DNA of 64,000 nucleotides from a bacterium (GTDB lineage: Bacteria; Patescibacteriota; Minisyncoccia; UBA6257; 2-01-FULL-56-20): assembly GCA_027310625.1 (NCBI GenBank), contig DAIDAM010000003.1, positions 67,278-131,277 of the forward strand. Reading direction: 5' to 3'. This document shows, one piece after another, positions 55,914 through 64,000 of this stretch. The notes under the pieces were generated by a model. The model saw only the letters and a list, made by a program, of their open reading frames with translations. It had not been told where the DNA came from and ran no database searches. The position numbers and the translations under genes were made by a program. Position 1 is the first letter of the stretch; each line of letters opens with the position of its first letter.

Positions 55914-56339
55914 CAAATTACAATAAAGGTTCGATTCTCCCGCCATTGTTCGAGCGAAGCGAGTTTACAATGGCGTGGATCCCGTACTCTCTCAATCCCA
56001 AAAAAAACACAAAATATAAAAATAGCGGCGGGATCGCGCCAACTCTAACTTCGCTTTCGCTCAGAGAGTTGCGGGACGCCTGGCCCGACACTAGAAATCG
56101 CTTGGCGAGTATTCGAGCTTAGCGTTTCTTGTGCCCCGCCGCAGGCGGGGCCGCCATATGCACCTTCCTTCGCTCCCGTCTTCACAAGGGCTACGGCGGG
56201 CAAGAAAGCTTCGGAAGAGTTATCAACAATATGCAATGTCAAAGGTTGATAAAACAAAAACTGTATGGTATTTCGCTCGGCATACCGGAATATCAAGTAG
56301 ATTTTGCGCCCGATGATAAAGTTTGGGAAAGATAAATTT

Positions 56340-57365
56340 ATGAAAGCAGTATTTTTTGAAAAACCGGGCGGGCTAGAAGTTCTCCAATACGGAGAATTTC
56401 CAACCCCAAAACCGCAAAAGGGCGAGGCCCTTGTGCGAGTTCGTGCGGCTGGATTAAATCGTCTTGATATTTGGCTTCACGAGGATAAAGAGAACGCTCG
56501 CAATATCCCCATGCCGCATATTCCTGGATCTGATGCCGCCGGAATAATTGAGGAAATAAACGGAGAAAGCTCGCTCAAGGTTGGTCAAGAAGTGGTTTTG
56601 AATCCGTCTATTCCTTGCGGTACTTGTCCGCGCTGCAAAAAAAGCGAGGCGTGCGAACTTGTTAAAATTTTTGGTGTCAAGAATCAGGGCAGTTATGCCG
56701 AGTATATTACTGCGCCAATCTCGCAATTCTATCCTAAGCCACAAAACATTTCTTTTGTTGAAGCGGCGGCGTTTCCGCTAACTTTTCTAACTGCTTGGCA
56801 TATGCTTGTCGGACGAGCCAATCTCCAAAAGGGAGAATCTGTTTTTATTTGGGGCGCGTCCGGCGGATTGGGTTCTTCAGCTATTCAAGTGGCAAAATAT
56901 CTTGGCGCGAAAGTTATCGCCGCTGCAAAATCAGAGGAAGACGCAAAACAAATCCGCGAGATTGGCGCGGACGAAACTGTAATTTATACAAAAGGAAATA
57001 TTGAAAGCGAAGTAAAGAATCTGACGAATGGCCTAGGTGTTGACGTCGTGTTTGAAAGTGTTGGCGAAAAAACATGGAACACAACGCTTGCTATGCTTCG
57101 ACCTTTTGGTCGCGTTGTCATCGCTGGGACAACGAGTGGCGATATGGGAACGCAAGATTTAAGCGATATCTATGTTCGCCAACTTTCGATTTTTGGAGCG
57201 AGAATGGGAATCAGAGAAGAATTTGAGAAGGTTTTGGAGCTCGTCGCCGCAGGAAAATTAAAACCGATTATTGATAAGACATTCTCGCTCCAAGACGCTG
57301 CCGAAGCACAAAAACGAATGATTGAAGCTAAACAATTAGGTAAAATTGTGTTAGAGATATTATAA
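56340..57365 (+). CDS. zinc-binding dehydrogenase / quinone oxidoreductase (MDR family)
   Basis: PHIPGSDAAG, CGTCPRC....C, GASGGLG. Confidence 0.93.
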   Translation: MKAVFFEKPGGLEVLQYGEFPTPKPQKGEALVRVRAAGLNRLDIWLHEDKENARNIPMPHIPGSDAAGIIEEINGESSLKVGQEVVLNPSIPCGTCPRCKKSEACELVKIFGVKNQGSYAEYITAPISQFYPKPQNISFVEAAAFPLTFLTAWHMLVGRANLQKGESVFIWGASGGLGSSAIQVAKYLGAKVIAAAKSEEDAKQIREIGADETVIYTKGNIESEVKNLTNGLGVDVVFESVGEKTWNTTLAMLRPFGRVVIAGTTSGDMGTQDLSDIYVRQLSIFGARMGIREEFEKVLELVAAGKLKPIIDKTFSLQDAAEAQKRMIEAKQLGKIVLEIL

Positions 57366-57655
57366 GCGGCGTGCCAATTTCATTGGCACAAATTTTGGCG
57401 GCAGCGAAAGCGATGGCGGGGCGGGCATTCATCCCCCTTCACCCCCCTTTTTCTGCCAGCCCCGCCCGAGCGGTTTGGTTTTTGCCGCACCGCAGGCACG
57501 GCATCATTCAGGATTTCGTTCAAATCAAAAAAGGTTCGTTCAGCATTCAGTAATTGCGACATAAAAAAGGCGCGGGGTGAAGGGTGGGTATGTTACAAAA
57601 AATGCAATGTCGAAGGTTGATAAAACAAAAACTGCCCTAAAAGACAGCTTTTGAA

Positions 57656-57774
57656 GTCCCGCCTAGATTTTGCCCGGTTGTTTAACCAAGTGGGTGAGCT
57701 CAACTCCGTCCCGGAGGACGGAGGGATATTGCCCTCCCTGACAAAATTATTTGATCCGAACTCTAAAGCGGGAC
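57656..57774 (-). ncRNA. ssrS: probable 6S RNA
   Basis: Terminal stem GTCCCGC/GCGGGAC; internal GGGAG and CACCCACTTG resemble Firmicute-type 6S motifs; short, not confirmed by CM search. Confidence 0.5.
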
Positions 57775-57878
57775 CACACTTATTATACCATATCAAAACG
57801 GCAAACGGCACAACGCAAACAGCAAACAGCTAAAACGATTTGCCGTAAGCTGTAAGCCGTGAGCAATAAGCCAAAACT

Positions 57879-59186
57879 ATGGATAGAAAAATAAGGAGAA
57901 AACTCTTTTATTCTCTTTTTGCCGCATTCATAGTTCTCGGCATAATTGTTGTCCTCTACGCAAACGGCTGGAGAATTGACCTTGAAAATTTCAAGGTGGA
58001 GAAAGTGGGAGGAATTTATGTGAGGAGTTTCCCGTCGGATGCACGGCTTTTTTTGAACGGGAAACAGCAAAATAAAAATCCGGGGCTCTTTGACTATGGA
58101 AGATTCATAGGAAATCTTCTGCCGAAAAACTATGAACTCAAGCTCGCAAGCGAGGGTTATCTGGATTGGATTGAAAGCGTCTCTGTAAATCCGTCTCTAA
58201 TATCGGAAATCAAATATGCGGTTCTAATTCCCAAAAATTCCATTTCGGCTGCGAGCGGAACCATTGATGGATTTTGGATTGAAAACGACCAACTGATAAC
58301 CCGGAAGGGCGGGACTCTCTTTTATGGGAAAGGAAAATTGAGCGGTGATACCGTTTTATGGCAGAACAACAACGACAGAACAACTGTCACAAAAAGTTCC
58401 GCATCAAAAATTTATTTCATAAATCGTCTGCTGAACGGCGCGTCCTCTCCAACTTCAACGAGCATTAACGCAATGCTTTCAAAAAATGGAATCGCGCCGT
58501 CAAGCGTCAGAGAAATCACTGAAGACGGGGGTGGAACAATTTTTGCGACAACAAAAAGAATTTTCGGCTTGAATCTTGCCGACGGAAAAATAGAAGAACT
58601 TGCGTCGTCAAGCGATGCGGTTTCAAATCTTGCGGTTTCACGGTCGCTTGCGGCATGGACGACAAGAGAACAAAAAACCGGGAATTATGCGCTTTCGCTT
58701 TACAGCCGTTCCTCACGGTCGGTTGAAAAAGTGTCCCTCGACGGAGAGCCGATAAAGCTTGAATTTACAAGCGAAAACCGACTGGGAATCCTTCAAAAAA
58801 ACGGGGGGTTTTACATAATCAACGGGAAAAAAGAACCTAGGAAAACCGCCAGCGACGCCAAAGATTTTTATTTTTCACCAAGCGGCAGCAAAGTTGCGGT
58901 CCTTGAAAACGGGGCAGTGGAAATATTCTCAATTGACGGAAGCAGCAATTACTGGAGATTCCGCCTTCCCGATACTGAGAATATAAAAAAGTTGGAATGG
59001 TATGCCGACGAAAACAATCTTTTCGTTATTTACCCAAGTGAGGCGAGATTTTTTAATCTTGACGACAGGGAAATAAGAAACTTCCTTCTCGTAACCGACG
59101 GCGAGCAATTTCAATACGACGAGAAGTCAAACTCTTTTTACTTCATAAAAAACAAAGAGTTGAGGAAAATTGTTTTTCCGAGATGA
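57879..59186 (+). CDS. PEGA-domain / beta-propeller membrane-anchored protein
   Basis: TM, then YANGWR..GGIYVRSFPSDA...LLPKNY.L....GY..W. Confidence 0.8.
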   Translation: MDRKIRRKLFYSLFAAFIVLGIIVVLYANGWRIDLENFKVEKVGGIYVRSFPSDARLFLNGKQQNKNPGLFDYGRFIGNLLPKNYELKLASEGYLDWIESVSVNPSLISEIKYAVLIPKNSISAASGTIDGFWIENDQLITRKGGTLFYGKGKLSGDTVLWQNNNDRTTVTKSSASKIYFINRLLNGASSPTSTSINAMLSKNGIAPSSVREITEDGGGTIFATTKRIFGLNLADGKIEELASSSDAVSNLAVSRSLAAWTTREQKTGNYALSLYSRSSRSVEKVSLDGEPIKLEFTSENRLGILQKNGGFYIINGKKEPRKTASDAKDFYFSPSGSKVAVLENGAVEIFSIDGSSNYWRFRLPDTENIKKLEWYADENNLFVIYPSEARFFNLDDREIRNFLLVTDGEQFQYDEKSNSFYFIKNKELRKIVFPR

Positions 59187-59450
59187 TAAGCAACAATAAA
59201 GCAGTTCTTTTTGCGGCCTCGCAGCTGATTGGCATGGTGTCACCTGCCAAATGTCGGGGAGCAATCAGCGAGGACAAAGCAAGCGAGTTGCTGGACGAGC
59301 GAAGCAGGCAAGAAAAGGAATCGCTTTTATTTTTATCTCTTTTGCCAATGAGGCATCAAATTTCCCCCGAACCCCTGTCTTGGAAACCTCTCGGTTTCCA
59401 ACGGCCTTCGGCCTGCCTTCCTACACGGGGGAAATTTCCCCGCAATGTCA

Positions 59451-59876
59451 TTAGCGTTTCTGCCATTGCGGGGCCCTCCTCGCTTTCTTGAGTCCGTACT
59501 TCTTCCTTTCCACCATTCGCGGGTCGCGAGTCAAAAATCCGAAGGCGCGGAGTTTGTTTTTTAGTCCGCTGTCAAACATAACAAGCGCGCGGGCAAGACC
59601 GAGGCGAACCGCCTCCGCCTGCGCATTCATTCCCCCGCCTGAAACCTTCGCGCTAACGTCAAATTTCTCCGAGAGAGCGAGTTTATCCAAGGGAGACGAA
59701 GCGACAGCGCTTGAAAAACCCGTGTTGAAATACTCCCCTGAAACTTCGCTGTTTATAAGAAAATTTCCTGTTCCTTTCGTTATCCGGACGCGCGCGACGG
59801 CTGTTTTTCTCCTTCCCACGCCCTCAAAATATCGTATAGGTTTTACGGATTGCTGTTTTTCTTGTTTTTTAGCCAT
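59451..59876 (-). CDS. rpsI: 30S ribosomal protein S9
   Basis: GRRKTAVAR, ERKKYGLKKARRAPQW.KR. Confidence 0.99.
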   Translation of the reverse strand: MAKKQEKQQSVKPIRYFEGVGRRKTAVARVRITKGTGNFLINSEVSGEYFNTGFSSAVASSPLDKLALSEKFDVSAKVSGGGMNAQAEAVRLGLARALVMFDSGLKNKLRAFGFLTRDPRMVERKKYGLKKARRAPQWQKR

Positions 59877-59990
59877 TGTTTTATCAGCGAATAACGAATC
59901 TTTTTCTAATTTATCCCGATTGCATCGAGGACTCTCGACGGCGTCGGAGCGAATTCGTTTATTCGCAATTGATTAGTTATTCGTTGATTA

Positions 59991-60332
59991 TCATTTTTCA
60001 AAAACAAGATTTTTCAGGCGGCGACTGCTCAAAAAATTCTTGGGAAGCATTCTTCTTATCGCCTCTCTTATTACGCCCTTCGGATTTCTTTCAAACGCCT
60101 GCTCAAAAGTAAGCTTTTTCAAGTGTCCCTGATATCCCGTGTGCCTGTAATAAACTTTGTTTTTGAATTTCCTCCCGGTAAGCGTTATGTCGCGGTAATT
60201 TTTCAAAAGAACTTTGTCCGCGCCGATAAGCCGCGGATTGTAATTCGCCGATTTCTTGCCCTGCAGAATCGTCGCGATTTCGGAGGCCAGTCGTCCCAAT
60301 CTTTTATTTTTGGCGTCAATTATATAGTCCAT
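59991..60332 (-). CDS. rplM: 50S ribosomal protein L13
   Basis: IDA...LGRLAS, YYRHTGY.G, MLPKN. Confidence 0.97.
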   Translation of the reverse strand: MDYIIDAKNKRLGRLASEIATILQGKKSANYNPRLIGADKVLLKNYRDITLTGRKFKNKVYYRHTGYQGHLKKLTFEQAFERNPKGVIREAIRRMLPKNFLSSRRLKNLVFEK

Positions 60333-60557
60333 CTTTTTCGTAATCAGCATCAATCAGTCGTCATCCGCACCCGCCTGCCAACGCCTGCCAGTGAAGTTAT
60401 GATATAGTTTCAAAGTAAATGTCATCTTTTTGTTATTGCCGAGTTTCATTGGATGGCTATGGCGGGCAGGTAAATCAGCGTCAAAAGTATTCCCCGCAGC
60501 GATGAACGCTGATAAATGCTGATTTTGGGCGGATTAACGCTGATGCGCAAGATTTTA

Positions 60558-60911
60558 TTACACAAACTCGATTGTCGCAACCCGCGCGCTGTCTCTTTTT
60601 CTAGTTTTCCCTCCTTTCATTATCCGAAGGAAGCCGCCGTTTCTGTCCTTGTAGCGCGGAGCTATGTCTTCCATCAGTTTCCCGACAAGGTTTTTATCGT
60701 GAAGCCGGCTCAAGAGGATGCGTCGCGAAGCCAAATCGCCCTTTTTTGCTATGGAAACCATTCTTTCGGTAATCGGCCGCATCTCTTTCGCTCTGATTTC
60801 CGTGGTCTCAATTTTCTCGTCGCGTATGAGATTGTTGACGAGATTTCTCAAAAACGATTTTCTCCTGCCGGTCAGGCGATGAAATTTTCTTCCTTTTTTT
60901 CTGTGGCGCAT
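60558..60911 (-). CDS. rplQ: 50S ribosomal protein L17
   Basis: MRHRK, IETT..RAKE, RNGG..RI. Confidence 0.98.
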   Translation of the reverse strand: MRHRKKGRKFHRLTGRRKSFLRNLVNNLIRDEKIETTEIRAKEMRPITERMVSIAKKGDLASRRILLSRLHDKNLVGKLMEDIAPRYKDRNGGFLRIMKGGKTRKRDSARVATIEFV

Positions 60912-60998
60912 AGGAGTATTCGCGAATGATGCTAATTGTTTCTAAATAATGCGAATTTATTAGCGTTATTCTGTCAAGATTCGCGTTATTGGCGATTA

Positions 60999-61778
60999 CT
61001 ATTGTTTCTTCGGTCTTCCCCTTTTCTTCGGCGCCTTCTCTCCGCCTTCCTCTTTCACGCCGCCGTGACCCATCTCAAACTCCTGAACGCCGACATCGGA
61101 AACTTTCTTGAAGTGGTCGTTGAGAATGTTCGCCGTTTTGTGAAGCGCCGATGAAGGACTGATGGTGCCGTCGGTTTCTATTTCAATCCGCAGACGGTTG
61201 TAGTCGGTGCGCTCGCCGACACGCATGTTTTCAACCGTGTAATTCACTCTTCTGACCGGAGAGAAAAACGCATCCACTCCTATGAGCCCCACGGTCAATT
61301 TTTTTTCCTTTCTTGATTCCACCGGCGAATAGCCGAGTCCTTTCTCAACCGTTATTTCCACGTCCAACTCGGCGTTTTTTGAAGTAAGGGAGGCAATGTG
61401 CTCGTCGGGATTGATAATTTCTACATCGGCGTTTTTCTTTATGTCCGCCGCCGTGACTTCGCCCTCGCCCTTCGCTTTCAGCGTCAAGGTTTGCGTTTCA
61501 TCAGTGTGCATTCTGAAACGAATCTTTTTGAAATTCAGGGTCAGTTCCACCAAGTCCTCTTTAACGCCGGGCAGGGTGGAAAATTCATGCTGGGCGTTCT
61601 TTACCTTTATGTAGGTGACGGCGGCTCCTGGAAGAGACGAAAGAAGAGCACGCCGAAGAGCGTTCCCTATCGTAAGGCCGTAGCCGGCGTAGAGTCCTTC
61701 TACTTCAAAAACTCCTTTTTTGCCGTTTTCCGAAACGGTTTTTATCCCGACTGTTTCGCTTAAGTATGTGTAATTCAT
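60999..61778 (-). CDS. rpoA: RNA polymerase alpha subunit (lacks alpha-CTD)
   Basis: GYGLTIGNALRR.LLSSLPG, HEFST, DAFFSPV, TDGTISP. Confidence 0.97.
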   Translation of the reverse strand: MNYTYLSETVGIKTVSENGKKGVFEVEGLYAGYGLTIGNALRRALLSSLPGAAVTYIKVKNAQHEFSTLPGVKEDLVELTLNFKKIRFRMHTDETQTLTLKAKGEGEVTAADIKKNADVEIINPDEHIASLTSKNAELDVEITVEKGLGYSPVESRKEKKLTVGLIGVDAFFSPVRRVNYTVENMRVGERTDYNRLRIEIETDGTISPSSALHKTANILNDHFKKVSDVGVQEFEMGHGGVKEEGGEKAPKKRGRPKKQ

Positions 61779-61882
61779 GAATTTAAGAGATTAGATATCA
61801 GTTAACAGACATTAGGGCGTTTTACTCTGATTACTGATGTTTGACTTTTGATGTCTAATATCTGATGTCTAATTACTATGTC

Positions 61883-62491
61883 CTATTTATTAAATGATTC
61901 GACCAATAAGTTTATTTCCACCGGTATCTCTGCCTGACGCGGCAATTCAATCACTTTTCCTTCCATTTTGTCGGCGTCAAACGCCAACCAAGCAGGCATT
62001 TCGTAGTTTTTGAGATTCTCCTTCAGGTTCTTGAAAGTCTGCTTGGCTTTGGATTCCTCCCTCACGCTGACGGTGTCGTTCATTTTTACGAGAAAACCGG
62101 GAGAACGCACCCGCTTTTTATTCACGAAAATGTGCCCGTGAATTATAATCTGTCTTGCCTGCGAACGAGAAGGCGCGATGCCCATTCTGAAAACGACGTT
62201 GTCCAATCTGCGCTCAACAAGTTCCGTAATTTTTTCGATAGTGGAGGTGCGACTCCTTTCCGCATCTTTGAAGATTTTCCGCAGATTGTTTTCGTCTATG
62301 CCGTAAGTCAGTTTGAATTTCTGTTTTTCTTTCAGTTGCTTTCCGAAATCCGAAACGGAATGACGCTTCTGCCCGTGAGGGCCAGGTCTGTAGGGACGCC
62401 TGACCACCGCGCACTTCGGCGACTGACAGCGATAGCCCTTCAGGTGAAGGTGCTCGCCAAGCGAACGTTCCTTTTTTTCTTTTACTTTCAT
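61883..62491 (-). CDS. rpsD: 30S ribosomal protein S4
   Basis: PGPHG, QLKEKQK, ERRLDNVVFR. Confidence 0.98.
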   Translation of the reverse strand: MKVKEKKERSLGEHLHLKGYRCQSPKCAVVRRPYRPGPHGQKRHSVSDFGKQLKEKQKFKLTYGIDENNLRKIFKDAERSRTSTIEKITELVERRLDNVVFRMGIAPSRSQARQIIIHGHIFVNKKRVRSPGFLVKMNDTVSVREESKAKQTFKNLKENLKNYEMPAWLAFDADKMEGKVIELPRQAEIPVEINLLVESFNK

Positions 62492-62671
62492 GTTTTTATG
62501 GTATCCGCATTAATCAGCTGTCATCCGCATTTATCAGCGTTCTTGCTGTGAAAAAGTTTTTGACGCTGATTTACCTGCCCGCCGAAGCCCTCGCCTTGCC
62601 GAAGCCGACGGCGAAGCGCAGGTCGGCGCAGGCGGGTGCCGATTTTGACGGATTTATGCTGATATTCCATT

Positions 62672-63109
62672 TCATATCCTTCTTGTTTTCGGCGGACGAG
62701 GGCCGTTATGGGGAACCGGAGTCACGTCTCTTATCGCCGTTATGTTTATTCCTCTATTTATAAGAGAGCGGAGGGCGGAATCTCTCCCGCTGCCGACCCC
62801 TTTCACAAAAACTTCCGCATCCTTCATTCCGTAAGGAGCGATTTTCTCCGCGATTATCGAAACGACCTTGGAAGCGGCGAAGGGTGTCGCTTTTTTCGGC
62901 CCCGAAAATCCCGATGAGCCCGACGAAGCCCAGGCAAGAACGCTTCCTTTCGTGTCGGTCACCGTTATCATCGTATTGTTATAGGTCGCGTTTATGTAAA
63001 TCTTTCCCTTCTCAACCGACTTGGATTTCTTCGAGCTTGCTTTCGGGGCAGCTTCCTGTTTTTCTTTTGCCGCCTCCGCGGCTTTTTCGACAACTTTTTT
63101 CTTGCCCAT
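62672..63109 (-). CDS. rpsK: 30S ribosomal protein S11
   Basis: NNT, KKATPFAA, DVTPVPHNG.RP. Confidence 0.98.
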   Translation of the reverse strand: MGKKKVVEKAAEAAKEKQEAAPKASSKKSKSVEKGKIYINATYNNTMITVTDTKGSVLAWASSGSSGFSGPKKATPFAASKVVSIIAEKIAPYGMKDAEVFVKGVGSGRDSALRSLINRGINITAIRDVTPVPHNGPRPPKTRRI

Positions 63110-63118
63110 GATTTTGAT

Positions 63119-63233
63119 AAATCCTAAATTCGAAATCCGAAATTCTAAACAAATTCGAAATTCTAAATTCAAAACGTGTTTGAAATTTGTGATTTGGGAT
63201 TTGTTTAGTATTTAGAATTTAGTGCTTCGAATT
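63119..63233. repeat. heptamer hairpin element, AAATTCT family
   Basis: Same architecture as 23137-23259. Confidence 0.85.
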
Positions 63234-63617
63234 TTACTTTAATTCCACCTTGCGTTTCCCGCTGCCGGCGGTCTTTCTCACATTGCCCCTGACGGTTCTT
63301 GAATTTGTTTTTGTCCTCTGGCCGCGGGTCGGCAGATGCTTGACATGCCTCGCTCCGCGGTACGTCTGGAGTTCTTTCAATCGCTGAATATTCCTCCTGA
63401 TTACCTGCCTGAGTTCCCCCTCAATGCGGAAATTCTTTTCTACAAACGTTTTTATGCGGTTTATCTCGTCGGGATTCAAATCCTTGACGCGCTTGTCGGG
63501 ACTGATTTTTGAAGAACCAAGTATGCGCCTGCTGCTCGGCAAACCGATGCCGTAAATATACGTCAGAGATGTTTCGATTCTTTTGTTGTCCGGTATGTTT
63601 ACTCCGAGCAATCTCAT
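63234..63617 (-). CDS. rpsM: 30S ribosomal protein S13
   Basis: LTYIYGIG, EGELR, RGQRTKTNSRT. Confidence 0.98.
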   Translation of the reverse strand: MRLLGVNIPDNKRIETSLTYIYGIGLPSSRRILGSSKISPDKRVKDLNPDEINRIKTFVEKNFRIEGELRQVIRRNIQRLKELQTYRGARHVKHLPTRGQRTKTNSRTVRGNVRKTAGSGKRKVELK

Positions 63618-63715
63618 GGTTTTATATTGTTCGTCGTTCGATCGCTTCGCTCGTTCAATTTGTTCGAATTGTTTTTACTTTGAACATTTCGAACTTCGAA
63701 CTTTTAACTGATAAT

Positions 63716-63829
63716 TTATCCCTGTCGCTGTTTATGTTTTGGATTCCTGCAGAGAATATAAAGGCGACCGCGACGCTTCGTTACCCTGCAATCCTTGCAC
63801 ATTTTTTTTATTGAACTTCGCACCTTCAT
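63716..63829 (-). CDS. rpmJ: 50S ribosomal protein L36 (not in ORF track)
   Basis: Manual translation [37 protein letters not shown]. Confidence 0.97.
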   Translation of the reverse strand: MKVRSSIKKMCKDCRVTKRRGRLYILCRNPKHKQRQG

Positions 63830-63969
63830 TGGTGTAAATAAATTTCGCGAGCCGCAGGCGAGCAATAGTATCTACCAGTATCAACAAGTATCAAACGATA
63901 CTGATAGATACTCGGTTTTGCCGATACTTGCTCGGCATAAATGCCTCGCGATACCGATCGTATTACATC

Positions 63970-64000
63970 TTACAACCTCCTGATTATCCTCCCGCGCAAC
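63970..64000 (-). CDS. infA: translation initiation factor IF-1, 3' end (partial)
   Basis: ...LRGRIIRRL* at the window edge, upstream of rpmJ. Confidence 0.6.
   Translation of the reverse strand, partial: LRGRIIRRL

Noticed and set aside
59190-59450. Structured GC-rich spacer between the PEGA gene and rpsI as an ncRNA
   Set aside because: Several small hairpins are present, but none matches an RNA family I can recognise; probably repeat remnants or terminators.

Overview
Genome segment with the hallmarks of a Patescibacteria (CPR, probably Parcubacteria) bacterium: no L30 between rpsE and rplO, a short EF-Ts, a DUF5667-like protein, pilin-type genes and genetic code 11. It holds the str/S10/spc ribosomal cluster, the alpha cluster, tsf-rpsB, mnmA, recG, valS, tsaD, several tRNAs, a probable 6S RNA, and an island with four toxin-antitoxin pairs and a RAYT/REP module. 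The most unusual feature is a dense set of small hairpin elements, mostly built from degenerate 7-10-mer tandem repeats in inverted arms. They fall into several recurring sequence families. They fill almost every spacer of the ribosomal operons and sit in-frame inside conserved proteins (RpsB, MnmA, L3, EF-G, RecG, ValRS, L28, a GT2). They also occur as empty and loaded versions: loaded copies carry a GxxExxY nuclease-like gene (twice fused in-frame into a glycosyltransferase) or a complete tRNA. The tRNA-loaded copies produce two tRNA-inside-tRNA loci (Arg and Glu). tsaD is broken by two -1 frame changes at such elements. Family assignments come from motif recognition only; no searches were run.
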